46,159 nucleotides of DNA. Source: an uncultured Nitrososphaerota archaeon (GTDB lineage: Archaea; Thermoproteota; EX4484-205; JAAOZP01). Under the pieces are notes generated by a model. The model did not search any database and was not told the DNA's origin. It saw nothing but the letters and a program-made list of their open reading frames with translations. The DNA lies in NCBI GenBank assembly GCA_964416155.1, contig CAYQCW010000013.1:1-46159 (forward strand), in the 5' to 3' direction. Numbering within the stretch: position 1 is the first letter of the stretch; the number at the start of each line of letters is the position of its first letter. The position numbers and the translations under genes are program-made. Shown piece by piece: positions 20,024 to 29,787 of this stretch.

Positions 20024-21421
20024 ATGTTTGAAATGTTGAAGGAGCTTGCGGCCTATGGGTTGAGCACAGCCGAAAAACTGGGCGCGACCTATGTTGAAGC
20101 CAGGGCTCAACGGACAAACTACGAGTTGATCACGATTGACAACGGGGTTCTCAAGGAGTTTTCTAAAACTTTCTCCGCCGGGCTGGGAATAAGGGTGTTT
20201 TACGACAGCAGGTTCGGCTTCTCATCGACTAACGATCTTAACCGTGAAAGCGTTGAGGAGGCTGTTGAGAAAGCCATATCTGCAGCCAGAGTCTCCAGGA
20301 AGGTGGAGAAGCTGGGTGAAAGAGAAGCCTGCAAGGGGGTTTTCAAATCCGCCTGGAGGAAAAAGCCCGAGGATGTTTCAGACGAGAATAAGGTCAGCCT
20401 TACCATAGAGGTTAATAAGGCTGGGCTGAGCCTTGAGGGAGTGAAGTCGGCTGTCACTAGGCTAGGCATCCAGCGCGACTGGAGGCATGTTGTTACGAGC
20501 GACGGTGTAGACCTGGAATATGAATCATCCTTGCTGGGTTTTGGACACATGAGCGTGGCTTTTGAAGCCGGTGCGATGGAGAGGGTGGGCGATCAAGAGT
20601 CCGCCGTAGCCGGCTGGGAGTTCATAGAGGGCAAAGACTGGGCAGGGTTCTCACTGGACGTCAGCAAGCTGGCTAAGGAGGCTGTTAAAGCGCCACTTCC
20701 CCCGTCGGGACGGCTTAAGGCGGTGGCCGACCCGGAGATGGTTGGCCTAATACTTCACGAGGCTTTTGGCCACGCGTGCGAGGGAGACCTGGTGTCCTCA
20801 GGAGACTCAATACTGTCAGGAAGGATTGGAAGCGAGATAGCCTCACCCCTAGTAACGATAGTCGACGACGGTCTTGTTGAGGGAGGATACTTCGTCCCGT
20901 TTGACGACGAGGGCAACATTAAGAGAAGGGTAATTGTTGTCGAAAACGGTGTGTTGAAATCTTTCATGACGGGCAGGGAGACAGCTGGCATGCTTAACCT
21001 GCCGGTTTCAGGGAACAGTAGAGCACAGGACTTCACACATTTTCCGATCGTGAGGCAGACCAACTTCTTCATGACGCCTGGATATCATGGTTTCAATGAG
21101 ATTATTAGGGAAACCGGGGAGGGAATATATATTTTGGGAAGAGGAGCAACGGGAGGCCAGGTTGACACTGCCTCAGGCACCTTCACTTTCTCCGCCGGAC
21201 CCTCGTGGATGATACGCAACGGTGAGCTTGCCGAGCTGGTCAGGGGCGTAGTCATCTCCGGCTCAATACTTGAAACGCTCAAGGGTGTTGAAGCAGTTGG
21301 GAGAGACCTGAGGATAACGACTTCAGCCTTCGGCGGCTGCGGCAAGGATAACCAGTTAGCTAGGGTTGGGGACGGTGGGCCTCACGTAATGATCAGGGAG
21401 CTCATCGTCGGAGGTGGCTGA
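20024..21421 (+). CDS. tldD: TldD metalloprotease subunit
   Basis: LHEAFGHACEGD (HExxxH), FDDEG, RQTN, GGCGK. Confidence 0.93.
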   Translation: MFEMLKELAAYGLSTAEKLGATYVEARAQRTNYELITIDNGVLKEFSKTFSAGLGIRVFYDSRFGFSSTNDLNRESVEEAVEKAISAARVSRKVEKLGEREACKGVFKSAWRKKPEDVSDENKVSLTIEVNKAGLSLEGVKSAVTRLGIQRDWRHVVTSDGVDLEYESSLLGFGHMSVAFEAGAMERVGDQESAVAGWEFIEGKDWAGFSLDVSKLAKEAVKAPLPPSGRLKAVADPEMVGLILHEAFGHACEGDLVSSGDSILSGRIGSEIASPLVTIVDDGLVEGGYFVPFDDEGNIKRRVIVVENGVLKSFMTGRETAGMLNLPVSGNSRAQDFTHFPIVRQTNFFMTPGYHGFNEIIRETGEGIYILGRGATGGQVDTASGTFTFSAGPSWMIRNGELAELVRGVVISGSILETLKGVEAVGRDLRITTSAFGGCGKDNQLARVGDGGPHVMIRELIVGGG

Positions 21422-21424
21422 AGG

Positions 21425-22753
21425 ATGAATGTTGAGAAGGCGGTTAAGAGGGCTGTTGAACTGGGCGCCTCAGAGGCAGAGGCCTTCCTCCTGAGCACAG
21501 CTGAGACATCGTTAACCCTTGCGGGAGAAGTAGAGGCTTCTAAGACTATTAGGCTGAAATCCTTCGGGATCAGGGTTGCTGTTGGAAAGTCTACAGCAAT
21601 CGTCGGAACCCAGGATGTGAGTGAAACAGGTGTTGACAGTGCTGTAAGGTCTGCTGTTTCAGTTGCAAGGGTTTCTCCACCTGACCCTCGATGGGTGAGG
21701 ATGAACGAGAATATCGGAGCGAGGGATGTTGGGGAAAACTTTGACAAGTCTACTGCAGAGGCGACGCCGGAGGACCTGCTTCCCATCGCGAGGGAGCTTC
21801 TGGACTCTGTTAAGGAGGGCCACGTTGAGGCTAAGCCTATCCGAGGCTTCCTGACGTCTAGAGCAATGGAGGCGACTTACGCCAACACTTACGGGGGCCC
21901 GGTTACAAGGAGGGAGACCATGGCGTTTCTCTACATAGACGCGAGGGTTGACGAGGCTGGTGAAGTCGGCACCTATTCGGAATACAGCATAGCTCGAAGT
22001 CTCAGGAGGCTGGAGGCTAGGAAGACGGGGGTTGAAGCAGGGTCAAGAGCCAAGGAGTTCGTTAAAGCAGGCTCAATACCTCACGGGAAGTATGAGGTGG
22101 TGACGCTCAACAGGGTTTCCGACTCTCTCCTGCCAGTCATGCTTAGCCCAGCGGTTTCAGCGTTGAACGTTCAGGAGGGCAGGTCACCCCTAGCTGGAAA
22201 GATAGGCATGGAGATAATGTCGGACAAGGTTACTATAGTAGACTTGGGTTCTAGAGTGAACGTACTGGGCTCCAAGGCCTTCGACGACGAGGGATTCCCC
22301 ACGCGGAACCTGGAGATAGTGGGCAAAGGTGTTCTAAACACGTTTGTCTACGATACTTACACCGCGAACAGAGAGGGGAGAGAATCCACGGGCAACGCTT
22401 CGAGAAGCTACTCCACGGCTCCGAGACCCTCCCTACATCATCTCCACCTTAAACCTGGAGAGGCAACTTTTGAAGAGATCGTCAGAGAGACTAGGAACGG
22501 AGTGCTAGTGATGAGCACGATAGGGGAATGGATGTCTAACCCTGTCAGCGGGCATTTAAACGCCACCATAACTCACGCGTACATGGTTGAGAACGGCGAG
22601 ATAGTTAGGCCCGTGAAGAACGGGGTTATCTCGGGCAATTTCTACGAGATGCTTAAAGAAGGTTTGGACATGGTTGGCAACGATACGAGGCACGACTACG
22701 GGGTTTCAGCACCCTCCCTCAAGTTCCGAAACGTGACAATAGCCAGCAAGTGA
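21425..22753 (+). CDS. pmbA: PmbA/TldE subunit
   Basis: FDDEG, STGNA, ISGNFYEML; lacks HExxH; directly downstream of tldD. Confidence 0.9.
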   Translation: MNVEKAVKRAVELGASEAEAFLLSTAETSLTLAGEVEASKTIRLKSFGIRVAVGKSTAIVGTQDVSETGVDSAVRSAVSVARVSPPDPRWVRMNENIGARDVGENFDKSTAEATPEDLLPIARELLDSVKEGHVEAKPIRGFLTSRAMEATYANTYGGPVTRRETMAFLYIDARVDEAGEVGTYSEYSIARSLRRLEARKTGVEAGSRAKEFVKAGSIPHGKYEVVTLNRVSDSLLPVMLSPAVSALNVQEGRSPLAGKIGMEIMSDKVTIVDLGSRVNVLGSKAFDDEGFPTRNLEIVGKGVLNTFVYDTYTANREGRESTGNASRSYSTAPRPSLHHLHLKPGEATFEEIVRETRNGVLVMSTIGEWMSNPVSGHLNATITHAYMVENGEIVRPVKNGVISGNFYEMLKEGLDMVGNDTRHDYGVSAPSLKFRNVTIASK

Positions 22754-22859
22754 ACCTGCTAAGATAAAAACAGGATTCCAACGCCTTGTCAATGTCCTCA
22801 CCCCACGCATACTTGAGAAAGAATAAAAGAAAGAGGGAGAAAGCAACGCTAGATGAATA

Positions 22860-25574
22860 ATGGATGAAGCTGAAGTCTGGAGGCTGAAGAGTAGGATTGA
22901 AGAAGAGTCTGCTGAAGCTAGGAGGAAGGGCTATTTACCCCTTGACGTCGGCAACGCGTTGAAAGAAGCTGAAAAACTTCTAGGGAAATACAGGTCTACA
23001 AAGGGCTGGGGGGAAGGCTATTTGGGGAGGGCTGAAAACTATGATTTGGGCTTCGACATGGAGAGGGAAAGCCTCCTGCTTAAAGCAGTGGAACATCTCC
23101 TAAGGGCGAAGGGAGCATTAATCTCGCTGAAACTTCCGAGGTGGGCAAGAGACCTACGGTATTATTATATGGATGTCGAGTGGGGCGGGGAAGGCGTGGA
23201 GTCTCTGGATAAACATAGAGGGGTTGTTTTCATGTCTGGAAGAGAATGGTCTCTAGAGGGATTCCCAAGAACGCAGCCACTCTGGTACAGGTGTAGCTGC
23301 CGGCCTACGGTTGACGGAGTACGGTTGATAGAGAAGCATCATGCTGAAGGTAGGAGGGTTGGAACATACATGAGCGGGGGCATGATGGCCATTACCTTCG
23401 CATTGCTTCCAGACTCTGAGGAAAACTGGACGGACGATTTCATGAAGGCTTATGCAGGTCATTACTGGCATGACACTAGGGAGCGTTTCTGGGGTGCTAG
23501 AGACCCGTCATCCGAGTGGAACAGGGATCTCCCCCTCCCCTTAACTTTCTCCAAATGGATGATTTCCCAGCTTGAGTTCGCACAGAGGATTGGATTCGAC
23601 TTTATACATCTGGATGAGGCTTTCGGAAGATATTTTGACGCTCACAAGCTCTCGGAGCGAAACCCGAACTTCGTAGTGTGTCCGAACAACTTGGCACGCA
23701 TGTATATCGACGAGGAGAACTGGCGCTTCGGCTGGACAGCCATGGGCGAGTCGCTAGGCCACCCGTCTTCATGGGACGATTTTCACAGGAGGATGAGGAT
23801 GCGGAGCCTAAGGTGTTGCAACATAAACTGGTGGGGTTGGCATGCTTATACTCCGTTCGACGACGCTTACCAGAACCTCTCTTACGCCACTACCTTGGCC
23901 AACAAGGGTACGGATGTTAGCCACAGCAATCCGTCACCAGAATACGTGAGTTTTTCCAGAAGGTTTTCAGACTATATTTACGGCCCATACGTTGATGTTT
24001 ACGTTGCTCAAGACGTTGCGAAGCCTATTGACACGCGTGAATCGTTAAGGATCATAGTTAACCGTAGAGTGCTTTCAAGCGGGAGAGAAGAAATCATTAT
24101 GCATTTGCTGAACACAAGTCCTGAAACCCCGTTTCTTAAAAACGTGTCGATAGAGCTGGACTGTTCATGCTTCAATTTAAAGTGGCCTCCTGAAGTGTCT
24201 TTCGCCACCCCGGAATACGGAGTGAAAAACCTGGAAGCCAGGGTTGAGAAGAGGAAGATCAGAATCGAAGTCCCAGAGTTTAAGACCTGGGGAATAGTTG
24301 TGGTCGGCGAAAAACTTTTCCCGAGCGTTGAGCTACGTTTAAAGAAGAGGGACGGAGTTCAAGTAGTAAATGCTCTTGACAACGCCTTCATACCCGGCGT
24401 GGAGATAGAGGTTGAAGCAGAGGCTGAAGGCTTCACGGATTACTCCTTATCCCTACATGTGCCTGAAGGATGGAAATACGAGGAGGCTGGCAGTCAACAA
24501 AATACTCGCCTCTTCAAAATAATGCCTCTCTTCGCCGAGAAAAACAAGGGGTATGCGATCACACCCGTCGCGAGCAGGAATGGGGAATCAATGCCTTCAT
24601 GGCCGCTTATTCTTCAAGCCAAGGACATAGTATGCTTCAGGCTTATTCCTCCGATGGCTGAGTCACCCCGTGTTAAGGCTGACTACGAGCTTGAGGTGAA
24701 GAATCACAGCGGCAGGTCCGGAACACTCAGGTTCGCTGTTAAACCGCCTGAAGGCTGGGAAATAGGCGAGACGGTTTACGAGACGAGAATGGAGGCGGGG
24801 GGAAGTAGTAAAATACCATTGTCAATGATTACACCCAACTACCATCTGCATCTTTGGGATCAGCTGGATGTGGACATACCGGTGGACTGGGAGTTCCTCA
24901 GCCTCAAGGGCTCCGACTCGCTTAAGATAAGGGTTTTCCCAGCCTGCTTCTACGTTTACTCTAAAGGCGTAGAAAGGAACACCATGCACTCCTATCCGAA
25001 CCTTTACTTCATAGATGATTTAGACGAGGCTAAGCAGATGCTTAAAAAGGGCAGATATGTGGCGTTATGGCTGGTCAACCAGGATCCTGAGGAATACGGT
25101 CCTCTTGCAGACGAGTTCATATCGATGAAGGGTGGTGTCGTGTGGATGGGGGAACCCTTTTCAAGCGTCAATTGCCCAGTAACCCTTGAAGAGAAAAATC
25201 TTAAATCGAAAACCATAAGCTACTTAAACACAGTTAAAAGCATTCTGAAACCCGCCCTCAGGAAGAGAACCCTATACGAGTCTGAAGACGGCTTCAAAAC
25301 CTGCAGGGTTAAAACTAAGGATTGGGGCGAAACCATCGCGATATGGGGAAGACCGCCCGACGGCTTCTCCGGCAATATTGAGAATACTCCGGCAGCCGTG
25401 CTCTCTAAAGACACGGGGAGAAGAATCGTCTACATAGGTTCAGACCTTGAAGCCACATTTGAGGAAAAATACAGGTTTGAAGATAGAAATCATCATGAAA
25501 CCCACTGGTACCAAACATACGTCTTCTACATCCTTCTGAACTGGGCGTCAGGAGCCTACACGAGCATCCAGTGA
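22860..25574 (+). CDS. Large multidomain hypothetical protein, probable glycoside-hydrolase-like TIM barrel + beta-sandwich + NEW3-like + GATase-like domains
   Basis: HAEGRRVGTY, GFDFIHLDE, MHLLN...ATPE...VPEFKTWGIVV, two PEGW repeats, PAAVL...GRRIVYIG; no signal peptide seen. Confidence 0.6.
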   Translation: MDEAEVWRLKSRIEEESAEARRKGYLPLDVGNALKEAEKLLGKYRSTKGWGEGYLGRAENYDLGFDMERESLLLKAVEHLLRAKGALISLKLPRWARDLRYYYMDVEWGGEGVESLDKHRGVVFMSGREWSLEGFPRTQPLWYRCSCRPTVDGVRLIEKHHAEGRRVGTYMSGGMMAITFALLPDSEENWTDDFMKAYAGHYWHDTRERFWGARDPSSEWNRDLPLPLTFSKWMISQLEFAQRIGFDFIHLDEAFGRYFDAHKLSERNPNFVVCPNNLARMYIDEENWRFGWTAMGESLGHPSSWDDFHRRMRMRSLRCCNINWWGWHAYTPFDDAYQNLSYATTLANKGTDVSHSNPSPEYVSFSRRFSDYIYGPYVDVYVAQDVAKPIDTRESLRIIVNRRVLSSGREEIIMHLLNTSPETPFLKNVSIELDCSCFNLKWPPEVSFATPEYGVKNLEARVEKRKIRIEVPEFKTWGIVVVGEKLFPSVELRLKKRDGVQVVNALDNAFIPGVEIEVEAEAEGFTDYSLSLHVPEGWKYEEAGSQQNTRLFKIMPLFAEKNKGYAITPVASRNGESMPSWPLILQAKDIVCFRLIPPMAESPRVKADYELEVKNHSGRSGTLRFAVKPPEGWEIGETVYETRMEAGGSSKIPLSMITPNYHLHLWDQLDVDIPVDWEFLSLKGSDSLKIRVFPACFYVYSKGVERNTMHSYPNLYFIDDLDEAKQMLKKGRYVALWLVNQDPEEYGPLADEFISMKGGVVWMGEPFSSVNCPVTLEEKNLKSKTISYLNTVKSILKPALRKRTLYESEDGFKTCRVKTKDWGETIAIWGRPPDGFSGNIENTPAAVLSKDTGRRIVYIGSDLEATFEEKYRFEDRNHHETHWYQTYVFYILLNWASGAYTSIQ

Positions 25575-26118
25575 AATAGCCCAGCGAGAATAAAGCAAGA
25601 GCATAGTAAACGGAGTTTGGCGAGCAACCCTCCTGCTAACGCGCATTTCTCACATCATCACTAGGTATGCGAGTATAGGGAAACAGCTTGCGTTCGCTAT
25701 CCTCTTAATCTTTGCAAAAATACGCATACTCTCGGAGAAAAGAACTGTTGGAAGGATATGCATGTTTAGCATGCACAACTCTAGCTCGAAAAGCTTAACA
25801 GCTTTACTGTGTTTTCAATCTTCGAGAACCACGATAAGTTATGAAATAGTTATGCTTAAATATTAGAAAAACCATTTTAAAACGGTTATCCGAGGGAGCT
25901 GCTTAAAACAGTCTCAGCATTGAAAGACATGCAGATCACCGTCGAGCCTACAACTAAAACCTGGTTTAAAACATTGAAATATCGGTTCACAATAACGTTT
26001 CGCGCACGCAAGAAAGGAAAGAGTTTCACAGAATAATGCTGGTAAAAATCAAAGGCTAAGGAAAAACACTGTGATTAAGAACCTATTAAGGTTGACTTCT
26101 AGCGCACGTTTCTACGAA

Positions 26119-28554
26119 CTAGGCTACTGCCTTAGCCTCCTCAGTACCCCAGCTTATCTCTCCATTCCTAAGCTTCTGCAAGTATTCATGCATTTTAATA
26201 ATCGTATTCTGATAAACTTTCCCCTCAGCAGCCGAAACGTAGACAAACCAAAGCCTCTCAGGATTAACACTCATCTTGCCAAGCTTCTTCTTCAAAGCCT
26301 CCACCCTCCGGCGAGCCCACTCGTTGCCGCTGATGTAGTGACAGTCTGCAGGGTGACAAGGCGCGACGAGAACCATACCAGCACCCTTCTCAAACGCTCT
26401 CAAAATCATTTTCTCGCTTACCCTGCCTGAGCACATGACCCTGATTATCCTCACGCTTGAAGGATACTCGAGCCTAGACACTCCAGCAAAGTCCGATCCC
26501 GCGTAACTACACCAGTTACAGCAGAAACTTATAATTTTTTCTTTAGGGTTTTCTTCGAGTGCCGCGTCGATTTGTGCAAATATTTGTTCGTCTGTGAAGT
26601 GGTGTTGGTTGAGTGCGTTGAAGGGGCAGCCTGCTGCGCATGTTCCGCATCCTGCACACATTGACTGCGTTACTTTGATGATTTTCCTGCCTTCCGTCTC
26701 TACGGGTTTCAGGGCTTGGAAGGGGCACATCTTGGTGCATGCTAGGCAGCCTTTGCATTTCAGCGGGTCGACGTAGCTTGTTATTGGCTCCAGCTCCATG
26801 AAGTCTTTTGAGAAGAGCACGAGTGTTTTCGAGGCTGCTGCGTGCCCCCTGGCTATTGTCATAGGTATGTCAGTCGGGCCTGCGCACGAGCCCGCCAAGT
26901 ATATGCCGTTTACAACGGTTTCAACAGGTTTAAGCTTAATGTGTGCCTCCATGAAAAACCCGTACTGGTCTCTCGGCACTCTAAGTATTTCCCCGAGCCT
27001 GTCTGTGTCTTCTGAAGGCTGCATGCCTGTTGCAAGGACTACGAGGTCGTATTGCTCCTCTGTTATCTCGCCGCTGAGAGTGTCCTCAGCCCGGATCTTC
27101 AGCATTCCGCCTGCTTCCTCAACCATGCTCGGCCTACCCCTGACGAATCTTATCCCCTTCTCCCTCGCCATTCTGAATATTGTTTCATAATCTTTCCCCC
27201 CTGCTCTGACATCTATGTAGTAGACTGTTACCTGAGCGTCGGGGTTGTTCTTCTTAAGGAGGAGCGCTTGCTTCAGGGTTATCATGCAACATATTCTTGA
27301 GCAGTAGATGTTTGTCTGCTCGTCTCTGCACCCTACGCACTGTATGAAGGCTATTTTCGCACCCTGCTTCCCGTCCGAGGGTCTTACCGGTCTACCCTGG
27401 GTTGGGCCGTCTGGTGTAAGCATTCTCTCAAGCTCCATACTTGCTAGGACGTTTCTAAGCCTGCCGTACCCGTATTCCGGTTTCCTCAACGGGTTGAAAA
27501 GGTCGAAGCCTGTTGCGAGAATTATCGCCCCAACCTTTAAGACTTCCTCCACGGCCGGCGCCTTAAGGTCTATTGCCTTAACCGGGCATGCTTCTACGCA
27601 TTCGCCGCAGCCCGTGCAATTCTTCTCGTCTATTACTGCCGCCAAGGGTTTTCCAACAAGCCCATGAACATGAAGGGTTTTCTCCAAGCCCTGCTCGCAG
27701 GCAACAGTGCCCTGTGTCTTCTCAACCAGGCATATAGCCTTCCTTTTTGAAAGCCCGCATGAAAACTCCTCTTCAACCTCTACCGGGCATTTCTCGACGC
27801 ATTTCCCGCAGCCCACACACTCCTCTAAAACCTTTGACGGTTTCCTCCTTACTGTTACCATGAAGTTGCCAACATAGCCCTCCACCGCGGCAACCTCTGA
27901 TAGTGTCAGCACTCTTATGTGGGGGTGTGTGAGAACCCTGTTAATCATCTCGTTGACGAGGCAGGCTGTGCAGTCCACCATGGGGAAGGTTTTACCTAGA
28001 AGTCTTGTTTTACCGCCTAGCATAGTGTTTTTCTCAACAAGTATTACGCTGTAACCCGCGTCCGCAACGCTGAGCGCAGCCCTCATGCCCGCCAGCCCAC
28101 CGCCTATTACTAGCAGTGTTTTCTCCACCGGGACGATTATCGGCTCAAGCGGCTCTAGGAGCTGGGCCTTAGCGACAGCCATCTTAACAAGGTCGATGGC
28201 CTTCCTAGTGGCACCCTCAGAGTCACTAGGGTGGACCCAGGAGCAGTGCTCCCTTATGTTAGCCATTTCAAACAGGTACGGGTTTAAACCTGCTTCCGAA
28301 ACGCATGCTCTGAAAGTTGGCTCATGCATCTTCGGGCTGCAGGCTGCGACGACAACCCTGTTAAGCCCATATTCTTTAATGAATCTCTTTATCTCAGCCT
28401 GGCCGGCGTCCGAACAAGTGTACAGGTTGTGGGAAGAGTAGACAACGTTGGGAAGAGTCTTAGCGTACTCGGCAACCTTGGCGACGTCGACTGTGCCAGC
28501 AATATTCTTGCCACAGTGGCATACGAACACCCCTATCCTAGGCTCCCCGCTCAT
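26119..28554 (-). CDS. hdrA: Heterodisulfide reductase subunit A fused to MvhD
   Basis: IGVFVCHCG, ACSPKMHE, NIREHCSW, GGGLAG, ELER, IQCVG, CSRICC; C-terminal CCNWCSY, RVMCSGRV and CHPADCHY (MvhD). Confidence 0.93.
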   Translation of the reverse strand: MSGEPRIGVFVCHCGKNIAGTVDVAKVAEYAKTLPNVVYSSHNLYTCSDAGQAEIKRFIKEYGLNRVVVAACSPKMHEPTFRACVSEAGLNPYLFEMANIREHCSWVHPSDSEGATRKAIDLVKMAVAKAQLLEPLEPIIVPVEKTLLVIGGGLAGMRAALSVADAGYSVILVEKNTMLGGKTRLLGKTFPMVDCTACLVNEMINRVLTHPHIRVLTLSEVAAVEGYVGNFMVTVRRKPSKVLEECVGCGKCVEKCPVEVEEEFSCGLSKRKAICLVEKTQGTVACEQGLEKTLHVHGLVGKPLAAVIDEKNCTGCGECVEACPVKAIDLKAPAVEEVLKVGAIILATGFDLFNPLRKPEYGYGRLRNVLASMELERMLTPDGPTQGRPVRPSDGKQGAKIAFIQCVGCRDEQTNIYCSRICCMITLKQALLLKKNNPDAQVTVYYIDVRAGGKDYETIFRMAREKGIRFVRGRPSMVEEAGGMLKIRAEDTLSGEITEEQYDLVVLATGMQPSEDTDRLGEILRVPRDQYGFFMEAHIKLKPVETVVNGIYLAGSCAGPTDIPMTIARGHAAASKTLVLFSKDFMELEPITSYVDPLKCKGCLACTKMCPFQALKPVETEGRKIIKVTQSMCAGCGTCAAGCPFNALNQHHFTDEQIFAQIDAALEENPKEKIISFCCNWCSYAGSDFAGVSRLEYPSSVRIIRVMCSGRVSEKMILRAFEKGAGMVLVAPCHPADCHYISGNEWARRRVEALKKKLGKMSVNPERLWFVYVSAAEGKVYQNTIIKMHEYLQKLRNGEISWGTEEAKAVA

Positions 28555-29375
28555 CAGAGCCTAGCCTCCTCAATAAGCCTCCTTATCCTCCGGTAGCCTT
28601 GAGAGTCCAGCTCCCTCGCCAAGGGTTTCCCGCCTAGAAGACTCCCGACAGCGTTAGCCCAGACTGTTGAGAAGCCTTCACCGTGAAGAACTCTCCGCCT
28701 GACCACGGTTATAGCGTGGCTCCTGCAAGCGTCGAGATGAATGCAGGCGTTGCAAAGTATGCAGTACCTAGGGCTGACACTTATTCTCCCACCGGTTTTT
28801 AAGATGGCTTTCGTCGGACAGGTTTCCACGCATGCGTCACACTTCTCCTCGCATTTAGACTCGTCTATGAAAACTGTTCCTTCGAACAAAGGGTTTACTT
28901 TTACCGCTTTCTCCGGACAAGCGTCCTCGCACCATGGGCATCTTAAACACTTCTCCTCGTCAACCCTAACATTGTGCTCAGAGTCTATCTTCAGCGCTCC
29001 GGCGGGGCAGGCCTTGGAGCATTCGAAACAATCTTTTCTGCATTTAGCCTGGTCAACCCTTATCTTAGGCAAAGGGAGGGGGAAGCCTCCTGAAGAGACA
29101 ATAGGGTTAACACGCTTACCGTTAACAGTCATGGTTATCGCGCCAGCCGGGCAGAAAGGTTCGCATGCACCGCATAGGCTGCACTCCTCCCCTATCTTAA
29201 GAGTTAGAGAGCCATCCTCCTTTCTCGCAAGCCTGATCGCACTCTTGGGGCAGACCCGGATGCACACGTCACAGAAAATACACTTGCTCCTGTCAAGGAT
29301 TAGGCAGACGTAATCAGTATAGAAACGCCTCTCAAAGGTTAGAAGCGAAGCGTCCTCAGACAGCCTTGCCGCCAA
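28554..29375 (-). CDS. Polyferredoxin, six [4Fe-4S] motifs, FwdF-like
   Basis: Six CxxCxxCxxxC-type motifs; stop codon overlaps the hdrA start. Confidence 0.85.
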   Translation of the reverse strand: MAARLSEDASLLTFERRFYTDYVCLILDRSKCIFCDVCIRVCPKSAIRLARKEDGSLTLKIGEECSLCGACEPFCPAGAITMTVNGKRVNPIVSSGGFPLPLPKIRVDQAKCRKDCFECSKACPAGALKIDSEHNVRVDEEKCLRCPWCEDACPEKAVKVNPLFEGTVFIDESKCEEKCDACVETCPTKAILKTGGRISVSPRYCILCNACIHLDACRSHAITVVRRRVLHGEGFSTVWANAVGSLLGGKPLARELDSQGYRRIRRLIEEARL

Positions 29376-29476
29376 TTAGCAGGGGAAGACTTTGTGGCGT
29401 GGTAGAAAAACTTTTAGAAGACTGTTTAACGATTAGTTAAAGCTCTTGGAAAAGTCTTATATTATGCTTCCCATGA

Positions 29477-29785
29477 ATGTCTGGTGGTGCTTTGAACGAG
29501 GTTGAGCTGGAGCTTGTCGGAAGGTTCCGCGAACTCTTTAAAAGGAAAAGCATGAGGATCAATGTTGAGCCAGGAACCAGCCTCCTTAAAATCATCATGG
29601 AGTTGGGCGAGGCTATTGGGGTTGATCTACGCTCAGAGTTCATAGGGCCCGACGACAAGCCTATGGACGAATCCTCCCTGATAATAGTTAACGGTAGGGT
29701 TGTCAACCTAACTAGGATCAGCGAGCAATTTATTAAGCCGGGGGACAGGATTGTTCTAGCACCCTCAGTGGCTGGAGGAGGATAG
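29477..29785 (+). CDS. MoaD/ThiS/SAMP ubiquitin-like sulfur carrier
   Basis: IIVNG, GDRIVLAPSVAGGG C-terminus. Confidence 0.88.
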   Translation: MSGGALNEVELELVGRFRELFKRKSMRINVEPGTSLLKIIMELGEAIGVDLRSEFIGPDDKPMDESSLIIVNGRVVNLTRISEQFIKPGDRIVLAPSVAGGG

Positions 29786-29787
29786 GG

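Noticed and set aside
20024-22753. TldD/PmbA as part of a RiPP cluster
   Set aside because: No adjacent precursor peptide, YcaO or other modification enzyme; the pair is a common archaeal housekeeping module
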